From a virus (taxonomy: Duplodnaviria > Caudoviricetes): DNA of 64,000 nucleotides. Position 1 is the stretch's first letter. Every line of letters starts with the position of its first letter. The stretch is taken from IMG/VR virus record IMGVR_UViG_2974518066_000001, positions 66,139 to 130,138 of that record; one strand, given 5' to 3'. Below are positions 49,649 through 60,621 of the stretch, in pieces. The position numbers and the translations under genes are program-made. A model generated the notes under the pieces. The model worked only from the letters and a program-made list of their open reading frames with translations. It searched no databases and had not been told where the DNA came from.

Positions 49649-50676
49649 ATGGACGCACACGGTTACCTCTTCAAGGGCTATGCCAGCAAGGCCGCCCCGG
49701 ATTTCACCCCTTCCCTGATCGGCCAAGAGCCGGGCGCCTCAAAAGGCACGGGGCAGGACGCCTATTTCGAGCGGGTCGAGATCGACGACCGCCACATCGA
49801 CACGATCAAGCGTTCGCGCTGGGCGGTCTTCGACAATTCGGACGCCGACGCTGCCGCGATCAATCCGACCGAGAGCGCGGGTAATGATCCGATCCTCGCG
49901 GTGAAAGGCCGGGCCGGGTCCTATTACATCCCGTTGTCGGAACTCTACGAGATCGCTGCGTCGAACCACGACGACGACACGATCGCCCTCATCGAAAAGC
50001 TCTTTCCCAACGCGGGGTGACCATGGTCCCGACCAAAGACGACCTGATCCGGATTTTCCGGGAGCATCGCGGGCTTCACCGCATAGGCGCTGAGCGCAGT
50101 CCCTATCTCAATCTGGATATCGCGCCGTCTCTCCCGATCTCGTTTACACTGGACGCGCCCCCTGTCCTTGAGGTGACGATCCACACGGTTCGCTATCGCC
50201 TGCGGGAACTCCCCCTCGGCAGCGAGTGGTGGGCCTATGTAGAGTGCGACGGTCACGTCATCGTCCCGCCATTCGAGTGGCTGGGCTATGAGTTCCTGTC
50301 CGCACATGTGTGGTGATCCATGTTCTGCATCCCGGTCACGACACCCTTCCGGTTCCCCGAATCGGTCATCACTCTCCCGGTAGCGATCCCCATTGATGAA
50401 ATCGTCGTTGTCAAGTCTTTACTTGACAGCGACGCTAACATTGGTGTAGAGTCTGACTATCACCTAATCTCCCCTCGCGCCGAAATCCTCTTCGAGGACG
50501 GCCGGAAGCTCCCCATCATCGAAAGCGCGGCGTTCGTAAACCAGTATCTGGACGGATACCGCCAATTGGAAGCCTTCTATTCCGCCCCGGCGGGAGCGAT
50601 CGAGAAGACGGGTGTCGTCATCCCTCTCTTCCAAGGTTCATCGTGCGCTTCATCGGAGGCATCGATCCCGGCCTGA
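49649..50676 (+). CDS. three hypothetical genes (49649-50020, 50017-50316, 50320-50676)
   Basis: coupled ORFs. Confidence 0.6.
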
Positions 50677-51200
50677 CCGGGGCACTCGCCGTTCTCGACT
50701 TCAAGGATTACCGCCTTCACCTTTGGGACACCCCGACTGTCTCGGTGAAGGTGGGAACCAACATCCGTAAACGTTGCAACCCGGAAGCCTTCACGGAGGC
50801 GTTCCGGCTTTTCCCGTTGGACTATTGCACCATCGAGAATGTCAACTCGACCCCGAACGACGGCCATGTCGGCGCCTTCTCGTTCGGTAAGGTCACCGGG
50901 ATCGCCATCGGCATCGCCCACGGTCTCGACATCCCGCTCGCCTCGGTCTCACCGGCGAAGTGGAAGCTGCAAATGCAGGTGCCCGCCTACAAGGACGCGG
51001 CCAAGGCGAAAGCCTCCGAATATTTCCCCCTCTGCTCGCCCATGTGGGCACGCGCCATGGATCACGGCCGGGCCGAAGCCGCCGTCATCGGTCTCTATTC
51101 CGCGATCCTGCTCGGCCTGACGCCCGAGCGGCCCTTCGAGCCGGGCTTCATGAACGGCGAAACCTTCGTCCCCTCCAAGCGCGCAAAGGGCAATGGCTGA
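50643..51200 (+). CDS. RuvC-like Holliday junction resolvase
   Basis: IGGIDPGLTGALA, IE.V, AFSFG, P.KWK, HGRAEA. Confidence 0.88.
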   Translation: MRFIGGIDPGLTGALAVLDFKDYRLHLWDTPTVSVKVGTNIRKRCNPEAFTEAFRLFPLDYCTIENVNSTPNDGHVGAFSFGKVTGIAIGIAHGLDIPLASVSPAKWKLQMQVPAYKDAAKAKASEYFPLCSPMWARAMDHGRAEAAVIGLYSAILLGLTPERPFEPGFMNGETFVPSKRAKGNG

Positions 51201-51760
51201 TGCCGCAACTCGTGATCCGCAAGCAGGAAATCTTCTGCAAATTCGTCGCCGAAGGCGAAACCTATTCCCGCGCCTACGAACTGGCCGGTTACACTCCCTC
51301 CACCTCCAACGCCTCGACGCTGGCGAACCGACCCGAGGTCGCGGCCCGCATCGCCGAATTGAAGGAAGAGCATGAACGCCGGGAACTCGATTTCCGCGTC
51401 CGCCTCGCCGAGGCCAAAGTCGATCCTGACAACCCGACCTTAGCGGCCACCGAAGCGGCGGTCTGGACGGTTGCACAGGTCCACGCCTCCCTCGCCGAAA
51501 CCGCCCGCCTCGCACAGATCGCAGGCGAGTTCAAAGCCGCCAAGGAATGCCTCGAATTGATCGGCAAGTCCCTCGGCATGTTCGACAACACCCCTTCTGG
51601 AAAATCAAATGGAAACGCTCCGCGAGCGGAAGTCTCGCTTACTCTCGTCCAGCAAGCTGTTGACCAACTTGCAGATGCGCGTGGAGGAATGCCAGCGGAA
51701 GGGGGCAACCCTCTCGCCCCACGAGTATCAAGCGCTCGTAACGCTAAGCCAGTCAACTAA
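51200..51760 (+). CDS. terS: terminase small subunit
   Basis: QEIFC..AYELAGY..ASTL..P.VAARIAEL; ELIGK.LGMF. Confidence 0.85.
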   Translation: MPQLVIRKQEIFCKFVAEGETYSRAYELAGYTPSTSNASTLANRPEVAARIAELKEEHERRELDFRVRLAEAKVDPDNPTLAATEAAVWTVAQVHASLAETARLAQIAGEFKAAKECLELIGKSLGMFDNTPSGKSNGNAPRAEVSLTLVQQAVDQLADARGGMPAEGGNPLAPRVSSARNAKPVN

Positions 51761-53324
51761 CTTCGACACGCAGATTACTGCGCTCGACGACCTAGCTGAA
51801 CAGGCAGAAGCGGAACTTCTTGAGGTCTGGGCGGAACTCGCCAAAGACAACTACCACGACTTCTACGAATATTGCGTCCGCGAGGAGGGCTTCACCATGA
51901 GCCCTCACCAGACGCTGATCGGCGACCTGCTCATGGCGGCCGAGCGCAAAGAGACCATGCGGTTCATGCTCTCCATGCCGCCGGGCCACTGCAAATCCAC
52001 GCACAGCTCCCACCACTTTCCGGCTTGGTATTTCGGCCGGAACCCGAAGATGCGCTTCCTGCAGGCAGGGCATAGTCAGGACTTCGTGGCGAACGAGCTG
52101 GGCGCCAAGGTCAAGCAGATCATCGACAGCGAGGATTATCGCCGGGTCTTCCCGGAAATCCGTCTCCGTGCCGACATGCGCGCCAAGGATTATTGGGGCC
52201 TCAACAACGGCAAGGGCAAATATGTCGGCAAGGGCGTGGGGCAGGGTATTTCCGGCTTCCGTGGCAACATCGGCATGGTCGATGACCCTTACAAGTCGCG
52301 ACAGGCCGCCGAAAGCCAGACGATCCGCGACCATACCTTCAAATGGTATGCGGACGACTTTTCGACCCGACTGCTGCCGGGCTCTCCGCTTGGCCTGATC
52401 ATGACGCGCTGGCACTCGGACGACGTTTGCGGACGCATCTCCGAGCGCGAAGAGAAGGAACGCCGCGAGGAAGAAGAAAAGCGCCTCGAAGGCCTGATCG
52501 ACGAACTCGAAGAGCGCGAAGGCAAGCGCAAGAAATATCGCTTCGAGATCATCAACCTCCCGGCCATCGCCGAGGAAGATGACGTGCTCGGCCGCAAGCC
52601 GGGTGAACCGCTCTGGCCTGAGCTGTTCGACATCGACGCGCTCGACAACCTCCGATCGGACATGACCGCCGGTTCGTGGAACTCCCTGTATCAGGGCACG
52701 CCCATGGACATCGAAGGCGGCGCGCTCAAGTCGGACTGGTTCCAGCGCTACGACAAGCACCCGTCCAAGGCCACCGAGACCACGGCGAACGAGATCAAGC
52801 GCACGGTCGTTTCGGTTGACGCCGCGAACACCGCGAAGGAGCGATCGGACTATACGGTCATCACCGTGTGGATCGAGGACTTCCACAAGCGCCACTATCT
52901 CGTCGATGTCGTCCGCAAGCAGATCGAGTTCACTGAGCTGTCGCAGGAGATCGACAAGACCTGCAAGCGCTGGGAGAAGATCACCGGCCGGATCGACGCG
53001 CTGCTGGTCGAAGCCAAGGGCAACGGCCTCGCCTACATCCAGCTCAAGCAGACCGGCGGCGCCCCGGCGCCCCTGATCTCGATCGAGGTCGGCAACAACT
53101 CGAAGGAGTTCCGCTTCGACAAGGTGACACCCATGTTCGAGGCCGGGCAGGTTTTCCTCCCCAACCGCGCACTGTGGCTGGCCGATTACGAGAAGGAATT
53201 GATCGCCTTCCCGAACGGCAAGAACGACGACCAAGTTGACTCCACCGGCCAGTATCTGGATTGGGCTCGACAGAAGGGACGGCGCGGATCGAAGAAGCTG
53301 GGCGGCACCGGCTATAAGTCGTAA
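51609..53324 (+). CDS. terL: terminase large subunit (start may be 51675)
   Basis: MPPGHCKS Walker A, VDDP Walker B, MTRWH.DD, FPNGKNDDQVD nuclease. Confidence 0.93.
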   Translation: METLRERKSRLLSSSKLLTNLQMRVEECQRKGATLSPHEYQALVTLSQSTNFDTQITALDDLAEQAEAELLEVWAELAKDNYHDFYEYCVREEGFTMSPHQTLIGDLLMAAERKETMRFMLSMPPGHCKSTHSSHHFPAWYFGRNPKMRFLQAGHSQDFVANELGAKVKQIIDSEDYRRVFPEIRLRADMRAKDYWGLNNGKGKYVGKGVGQGISGFRGNIGMVDDPYKSRQAAESQTIRDHTFKWYADDFSTRLLPGSPLGLIMTRWHSDDVCGRISEREEKERREEEEKRLEGLIDELEEREGKRKKYRFEIINLPAIAEEDDVLGRKPGEPLWPELFDIDALDNLRSDMTAGSWNSLYQGTPMDIEGGALKSDWFQRYDKHPSKATETTANEIKRTVVSVDAANTAKERSDYTVITVWIEDFHKRHYLVDVVRKQIEFTELSQEIDKTCKRWEKITGRIDALLVEAKGNGLAYIQLKQTGGAPAPLISIEVGNNSKEFRFDKVTPMFEAGQVFLPNRALWLADYEKELIAFPNGKNDDQVDSTGQYLDWARQKGRRGSKKLGGTGYKS

Positions 53325-53449
53325 CCGCTCTGAAAGACGGGCGCCGCTGGAAAATTTTTGTCAAGGACTTTTCGTCCGATTCGCCTTGACTGCCAGAAAA
53401 GTTTCAGCACAGTCCCGGCTCCGCCCTCCGCAGGCACGACGACGGGCGG

Positions 53450-54815
53450 GCTCGTTAACCATTTCTGTAAAGGTTAACAAGACCCGTTCCCCGTTAACCA
53501 TTTTCGTAAAGGTTAACGGCGGCGCCAGCTATCGATAAGGATTTGCAGGGTTCTCAGGTGGGTAGGTTCGACACCTCCTCGCTTGGGGACCCTGTAGTCT
53601 ATCATGCCGGGGACCCGGAGCAAGCGCAGCATGGGACCCTGTAAGAAATCGCTGCCGGGACCCTCACGGATTTTGGACCGGGGACCCTCTCGAAAAAGGA
53701 TAGGCGGCCCTTCCTTCCCGGACACTTCCATGTTCCCGAACGGGAACGATACCGCCTCAAGGCCCGGAAAACTCCCGGAATGTTACCGTTCGGGATCACT
53801 GAGGCGACTCGGGCGACTCGCCGAGTCGTGTCAGAAAAAGCTCCTTACCTTACAGCTCCTTCCCGCACCGTAAGGTGAAATGAGATCAGCTCGATCGTGG
53901 AAGTCAAGTGGAATCCGACACGCACCAGTTGGGTGACCACGTAAGACAATCAGCATTATATTACATGGCTGTAAGTCATTGATTTTATTGGTGTTTTATA
54001 CCCCATGTAAGAATTTGGTGTAAGGAAATCGGCACATTTTTGACCCGAAAACGGGTCAGGACCCGAAAAATGACCCTTTTCAGGGTCAAAATCGGTATTT
54101 TCGATCACCGAAAATAGGTCCTTGACAATTAGAAGGCGTCAAAAGGCGATCAAAGGCGGCATCAGAGCCGCCTTTTGCATATCTGGACCGGATCAGAGCT
54201 GCGGATCGTCGCGATCGATCGCCAGCCGAGGCGCTAGGAAGGCCGTCAGCGATCGAGAGGAGTGGGGAGGTCTCAACGCTGCGCTGGCATCACGCCAGGC
54301 GCTCCAGCAGGCCTCCTAGCCGTAAGAAAAGGGTCACCGGCCGCCGGGCCGGGCATCATCACGCCCAGATGTCATCGAGCGGCGCCATTTTGGCCATCGT
54401 GCCCGGCCATTTTCATGGTCGATCGCCATTTTCGCTATCGAGCGGCGCCATTTTATCGGCGGAGGCCATTTTCGCTATCGTCGGAGGCCATTTTCGCTAT
54501 CGTCGAAGGCCATTTTGCCTTGCCGAAGCTATCGAGCGACGCCATTTTGAGTAATGGTCATGAGCATTTTCATTTTCACCGCCGGGATCGCGATCAGATC
54601 GGCAGATGCGATGAAGTCGAAGCGATCGGTAAGGTTAACGCGAAGTCAACCCGATTTTTTGTTAAGGTTAACGCGCGGTAAGGTTAACGGGTTTGTTAAG
54701 GTTAACGCCTATTAACCTTAACGCTCATTAACCATTACTATTAAGGTTAACGCCGCATCATGGTTTGTTGACCCTAACGGATATGGTTAACGCGAAAGCG
54801 CGCCGCGTTAACCAT
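53450..54815. repeat. repeat-rich non-coding junction (GGGACCC, GCCATTTT and GGTTAAC arrays), probable genome end / terminal repeat boundary
   Basis: three distinct short-repeat arrays directly after terL. Confidence 0.7.
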
Positions 54816-54880
54816 CTCTCTATTTGACGGAACAGAAGAATCGACCTATACGAGTCGCATCACTTCCAAGGAGCGACTCC

Positions 54881-55297
54881 ATGCGCGTATTTGAAGCCAT
54901 CGCCACCGCTTTCACCGCACGCCAGAATTGTGAAAAATCCGGCAATACGGATTGGCACGCCATCTGGTCCGATCGGATCAGCACGCTATGCCGCGAGGAG
55001 CTGCCTAGCGGCAGCGGAATCAGCGCAACGTCGTTCGATTGGCTTGCCTCGCGGCCGGATCGCCTCGTCTTCCTGACTTCCTTCCATCATATGCACGAAA
55101 GCGGCTATTATGACGGCTGGTCCGATCATAGCGCTATCGTGACTCCGTCCTTCCTTGGCGGATTCGATATCCGCATGACCGGCCGCAATCGGAACGACAT
55201 AAAGGACTATCTGGCCGAAACGCTGCATCACGCGCTAAGCCGCGAGATCGGCGAATGGACCGACATTGTGAAGGAGGCGCCTATTGCCGTTCCTTGA
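54881..55297 (+). CDS. conserved phage early protein
   Basis: LPSGSGI..FHHM.E.GYYDGW..IKDYL motif; promoter at 54824. Confidence 0.75.
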   Translation: MRVFEAIATAFTARQNCEKSGNTDWHAIWSDRISTLCREELPSGSGISATSFDWLASRPDRLVFLTSFHHMHESGYYDGWSDHSAIVTPSFLGGFDIRMTGRNRNDIKDYLAETLHHALSREIGEWTDIVKEAPIAVP

Positions 55298-55485
55298 AGG
55301 GCTGGCCCGGCTAATAACCGGCCTATTGCTCCTTATCCTAGCGGCCGGGCTGCTAAGATAAGGGGCGACCCTTGACCTGTTACCATTCGTTAAGGTTAAC
55401 GCCGGGCAATATGGACCAGAAGAAAAGACCTTGACGAATCATCCCGACTCGCTCAAAAGGAGATCACCGAAACGGGAGACACCCA

Positions 55486-56549
55486 ATGCAGTATGTTATG
55501 ATTATCCGGAACAACGGCAAGGATAAGCGCTATAAGCTGCCGACGCTGGAGGCGGCTAAGGCGCTCGCTCAAGAGATTTTTGAGGCGACCGGCATCATCA
55601 TCGGCATCACTGAGGAGGCGGCCTAATGCGCGTCGCGACTATCAAGGAGCGCCAGCGCGTCGCCCGGCGCGACGCTCGCAACCATCGCCGTAATATCCGC
55701 CGCTATGGCGCCTTGCGCGCTTGGCTCATCCGTTTGGGCGTCGCCGAAAGGGCCTGATATGGATATCCGTATCGCATATGAGCGGCACGATGCAGCAGGC
55801 GAAACGCTTTGCATCGGCTTCGTCGAGCCGGATCATGAAATCATGATTCCGCTTTTGGAAGCGATCGATATGCCCATTGAATGGCGCTTGAACCGGGCCG
55901 AAATCTACCTTGGCCGCGCCGGGATGGAAGATTGCGGCCGGTGGTTCCGCGCGCTGGACCCTATCCGCGATTTCAAAACGGGCGAAGAAACCTATTTGAC
56001 CCTCCATCCGGGCCATGTAACGCCCGCGTCCTATAACCGCCTGAAAAGGATTTTCTGCAATGTCTGAGCCTGTGAAAATCGCCACCGTCGCGGATTTCGA
56101 CGCCGCGCTGGCGGAACCCTACGCATGGCCCGGCGGCTATCCGCGTTTCTTCATCACGAAGGACGGCCAAGCCCTGTCCTATAAGGCGGCCGAACGGGAG
56201 GCGGACAACATCCGGGAGTCCATCACCGAACGGGCCAATGACGGCTATCTGGTCGATGCCGTCGCCATCAATTGGGAAGATAATTCCCTCTATTGCGATA
56301 TCACCGGCGACCGGATCGAGTCCGCCTATGCTGAACCCGACGAAGAGGAGTCGACCAATGGCTAATATGAGCGACGCCATCGCCCAAATTCACGCGGCGC
56401 GCCGACTGGTCCAGCGGATCATGGCGCCGGGCGAAACGGTCGATAGGGTGGACATGCTGGATTTCCTTGCGGAATCCGAAGTGTTTCTGGTCGAGGATTG
56501 CGGACATCGGGCACGCTACTGGAAACCGGGCGATGAGGAAGGGGCTTAG
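55486..56549 (+). CDS. early small genes (55486-55626, 55759-56067, 56060-56365, 56358-56549)
   Basis: RBSs; AWPGGYP..NWED motif in 56060. Confidence 0.7.
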
Positions 56550-56677
56550 GCCCCTTTCTTAATTTCCGGCCGCCATCTGTTAAGGTTAACGAACGGCAAA
56601 CGGGACCAGAAGAAAAGGCCTTGACGAATCATCCCGTCTGGTCCAGAAACGAATCACCGAACAACGGGAGACACCAA

Positions 56678-57870
56678 ATGCCGATCGACTTCGACAAGCC
56701 TGAAACCCTTTATGCCCGCATCCGCGAGGCTTTCGCCGACTACGACCAGTCGCTGGAGGGGAAGGCCGCCGCATCGGAGATCACCAATCGCCTCTATGAC
56801 CTGCTGCGCGTCGTCGCGAAAGAATGCGGCATGGACCCGCTCTATGAAGTCTTCGCGTGGCGTCCGGGACAGGGCGGCGACCGTGGCGCCAATTGTTGGG
56901 GCGTGTCGTGGGAAGCCGGGCCGTATCAGTGGGCAATCGGCGCGTCGTTCGTCCTTATGGACCTGACCGGCCGTCTGGTCGAACCGCACTATTCTTTCGA
57001 CCTTTGCTTCTATGAGGTTGAATGATGGGAACCCTCGACCAGCGCAAGGCCGCTTTCGCGAGCGAGCCTTGCACGGCGACGGCGCGTCGCTACGCGACCG
57101 AATTGCTGGACTATTGGGCCGATGACATGATCGGCCGCGATACGCTTCGCAATGGCCTGATTGAGATCGCAACGGGCCTGACCGAAGGCCGGAACGATAT
57201 CGGCCAGCGCGTCGCCGTCACTGTGGAAGGCCGCTAAATGGCGTCGCACAATATCGGCTATCACACCCGCAAGGCCGGGCAGAATAGCGTCAAGGTGGCG
57301 GGTGGAAGTTTCGGCGGCGGTTTCGACCTTGAAACCGCAAACCGGCTTGTAAAAGCTCATTTCACCGTCGCGGTGAAGCCGTCCGGATCGCTTGTTTTTG
57401 TGGACAGGGAAGGGCGGGAGGTGACGCTTTATGTCACCGTCGATCCGGCCGCGACTGAGGCAGGGAAAGCCGCCCTAGCCGCCGACCAGCGGCGGCGGGA
57501 GATCGCAAGGAAGGAGGAAGAGGGGAAGCGCGAAGAGCTGGAGCGACTGCTAGACGATATGAGCCTAGACGACGCGCTGCATCTTTTGCGTGGACAGAAG
57601 AAAAGACCTTGACGAATCATCCCGTTCCGGTCAAAAGGAGATCACCGAAACGGGAGACGACAAATGGCACTGACCCATGATCCTTATTTCCATCTCCAGC
57701 CCGATCACGGCCAGCCCGACGCCGTTCAAGAAGAATGGTATGAGCATCTAGATAGCGCGATGGATCGCGGCCTGTCCGAAGACGAAGCCCGCGAAGAATG
57801 GGACCGGCTGGAGGCCTTGCGCCGTCAATCGCGACGCCCGCCGGATTACCAGCGCGGCGGGAATTTCTGA
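56678..57870 (+). CDS. early small genes (56678-57025, 57022-57237, 57238-57612, 57664-57870)
   Basis: cassette RBS, coupled ORFs. Confidence 0.7.
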
Positions 57871-58013
57871 AAGGGAGGGCGGCTAAGGCCGCCTTTTCTT
57901 TATCCGTTAACAGGCGTTAAGGTTAACGGAATAATCCAGCGACCAGAAGAAAGAGCCTTGACGAATCGTTCCGAATCGGCCAGAAGCAAATCACCGAAAC
58001 GGGAGACACTGAA

Positions 58014-58750
58014 ATGACCATCTGGACGAAGGAACTGGCTGAGGCCACCCGCAATCTGACCCTGACCCGCCTGTGGAACGAGGGCGGCGCCGTCCACGAA
58101 ACCCGCGTTTCGCTGATGCAGGGCGTCAAGGATCGCGCTCGCGAGATCGTCGCCGGTAACCTGCCGATCGGTGCGGAACTGTCGCCGATGCAGAATGATT
58201 TCATCAACGCGCTGCGCTCGCGTCTGGGCGATTTCGACCTTGCCCGTCACCCCGTCGTCGCCGCATGGTCGGCGGCATACAAGGAGGCCTGAAAATGGTA
58301 AAGTATAACCATGCGCTCGACATTGGGTTTGAAGTCATATCCGCCGACGCAAACGGCGAAGACATCACTCCAGAAATGCTCAAAACGGCCCTCCTTCGCC
58401 GCATCGATGAGCTTGATCGGGAAGGCACTTGGATTGAGGCGACGGGAAAGCCGTTTGATACTTATGAGCTGGAGGCCTAAGCCATGGAAGTCGCAAAAAT
58501 GCTGGTCCTTTCCACGGCGCACGTCGCGGAAACTACCGCGCAGAAACTGGACGCCGGGCAGGCTGGCGTCATTTCATACCGCAAAGGGGATTATGGGTGG
58601 TTCGTCTATTGCGGCGACTTGCCCGATAGCGTGGACGTGGCCAGCGAGCTGGAGCGGGTTATCCGCTTCGCCCACAACCATGATTTTCAGTGGATCATGT
58701 TTGACCGCGACGGTGATACGATCGCCGATTTACCGTCTTTCGATTGGTGA
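58014..58750 (+). CDS. early small genes (58014-58292, 58295-58480, 58484-58750 DUF5983-like)
   Basis: LSTAH..YGW..FDRDG..LP.FDW motif in the last ORF. Confidence 0.7.
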
Positions 58751-58923
58751 AAGGACGAGGCGGCTTAGGCCGCCTTTTTCTTTGCCCGTCTCCCCGCCGT
58801 TAACCTTAACAAATGCACCCAGCCGGTTAACCATTCATCGATTTGGCGACCAGAAGAAAAGCCCTTGACGAATCAGTTTCGAGTCGCCTAAACAAGTCTC
58901 ACCGAAACACGGGAGACACTTAA

Positions 58924-60334
58924 ATGCGTATCAAGGCGAAAGACTTCCACCGCACTGGCCAGACCCCTCGCGTCCGGGTCCAGCCGCATCCGCTGGCGCG
59001 CCTCGACTCCACCCGCCGCTTTCTTTCTGTGGCGTTCGGCTAATGGCCAAGCGTCGTCGGGAAAAGCTGGCGCGCATTGAAGCGCTCAACCGTTGGATCA
59101 TTGCAGGCAAGAAAGGCCGTTAACATGACGAAGAAAGCAGAAAAGGCGGCGCAGGCCGCAGAAGCAATCGCGACGCTTCGCAAGCTCATAAAGCCGGGCC
59201 AAAAGGTCTATTGCCAGTTGCAGGGTAAGCCGTCCTCGTCGGGTATGTCGCGGACTATCAATCTCTTGATCGTCGCGCCGGTCTATGACCTGACTTATCC
59301 GCTAAAGCCTGCTGAGATCGCGAAGTATCCCGGCGAAAGGGATTACGAAGCCAAGCCGGTGAAGAAGCTGCGCGGCCACGAAATCCGCCCCATCGGCTAT
59401 ACTGCATCAATCGCCATGGGCCGCACATGGGACAGCGACAAGCAGGGAATCCGCATCGGCGGGTGCGGCATGGATATGGGCTTTTCACTGGTCTATGATC
59501 TGGGCAACACGTTGTGGCCCAAGGGAACGCGCAAACCACACGGAACGCTAAACGGCAAACCTGACAAGTCAGGCGGCTATGCGCTCAAACATGAATGGCT
59601 ATGACGAAAGGAAGCGCCATGATCGAAATCATCGAAACCGGAATGCAGGGCCGCCGCGCCGTCATCGACACCGCGCCAAGCTTTGAGGAAGCAAAGGCCA
59701 AAGTGGAGGCGATGGGCGTCGGGTTCATGGAAGACGACGAAGAGCACGCCGATTGCGCCGATGCCTACTTACTCGACGGCCGGTTGATTGCGATCCAGCC
59801 CGAAGGCTTCAAGCTGGCGGCATAAGGGGAGGGGCGAAAGCCCCTCTTTTAATTCCCGGTAAGGACTTGTTAAGGTTAATGAAATGGGCCGAAACCGTTA
59901 ACCAAGAAATTTTCAGGACCAGAAGAAACGGCCTTTACATAGTTGGTCGAATCTCCCTATAAGCGAATCACCACAACGGGAGACACTAAATGACCAACGC
60001 CAACGAAACCGCCATCTGCCTCGATCGCTACGCGGACAAGGAAGAAGCAGCCGTGGCGCGCCGCCTCGTTCGCAAGGCGCTGGAAGCAGGTTACACGATC
60101 AGCGTCGATGACGGCGAAGATGTCACCGTGGCGCGATCCACAGACCGCAAAGCCATTCTGGAGGCGCTGGCCACGACAGGCGCCGATACCCTCATCATCC
60201 GCGACGCGACGGGCGCCCGGCTGGGCAGTCTCTATCTGGTCTATCAGAACGGGCCGGGCGAAGAGCTGATCGCGGACCATTCGGACAATGAGGCGATGGA
60301 AGCCCTCTATCGGGCCGCGAACAAGGAAAGCTAA
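58924..60334 (+). CDS. early small genes (58924-59043, 59125-59604, 59619-59825, 59990-60334)
   Basis: cassette RBS; SSGMSR..GCGMDMGF motif in 59125. Confidence 0.7.
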
Positions 60335-60621
60335 GGGAAGGGGCTTCGGCCCCTTTCTTAATTTCTGCCCGCCTTTTGTTAACCCTAATGGGTATGGTTA
60401 ACAAAATAGCCCAGCCCGTTAACCATTTGAGACCAGAAGAAAAGGCCTTGACGAATCATTCCCGAGTCTTCAAAACAGAATGACCGAAACGGGAGACACC
60501 AAATGGAAGCCGCCATCGCCAAGCTCATGCAAGAGCGCAACCTTTCCGAAATTGACGCCTATCGCGTCCTCCTCAATTCCCCTTGCGCGCCGCGCCGCGC
60601 CAGCCGCTAAGGACCGCCGTC

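Noticed and set aside
17330-59825. Many ORFs ending in Ala-Ala as a ClpXP degron programme
   Set aside because: Several are explained by an overlapping GGAGGC(A/G)GC RBS of the next gene; cannot be separated from that without statistics
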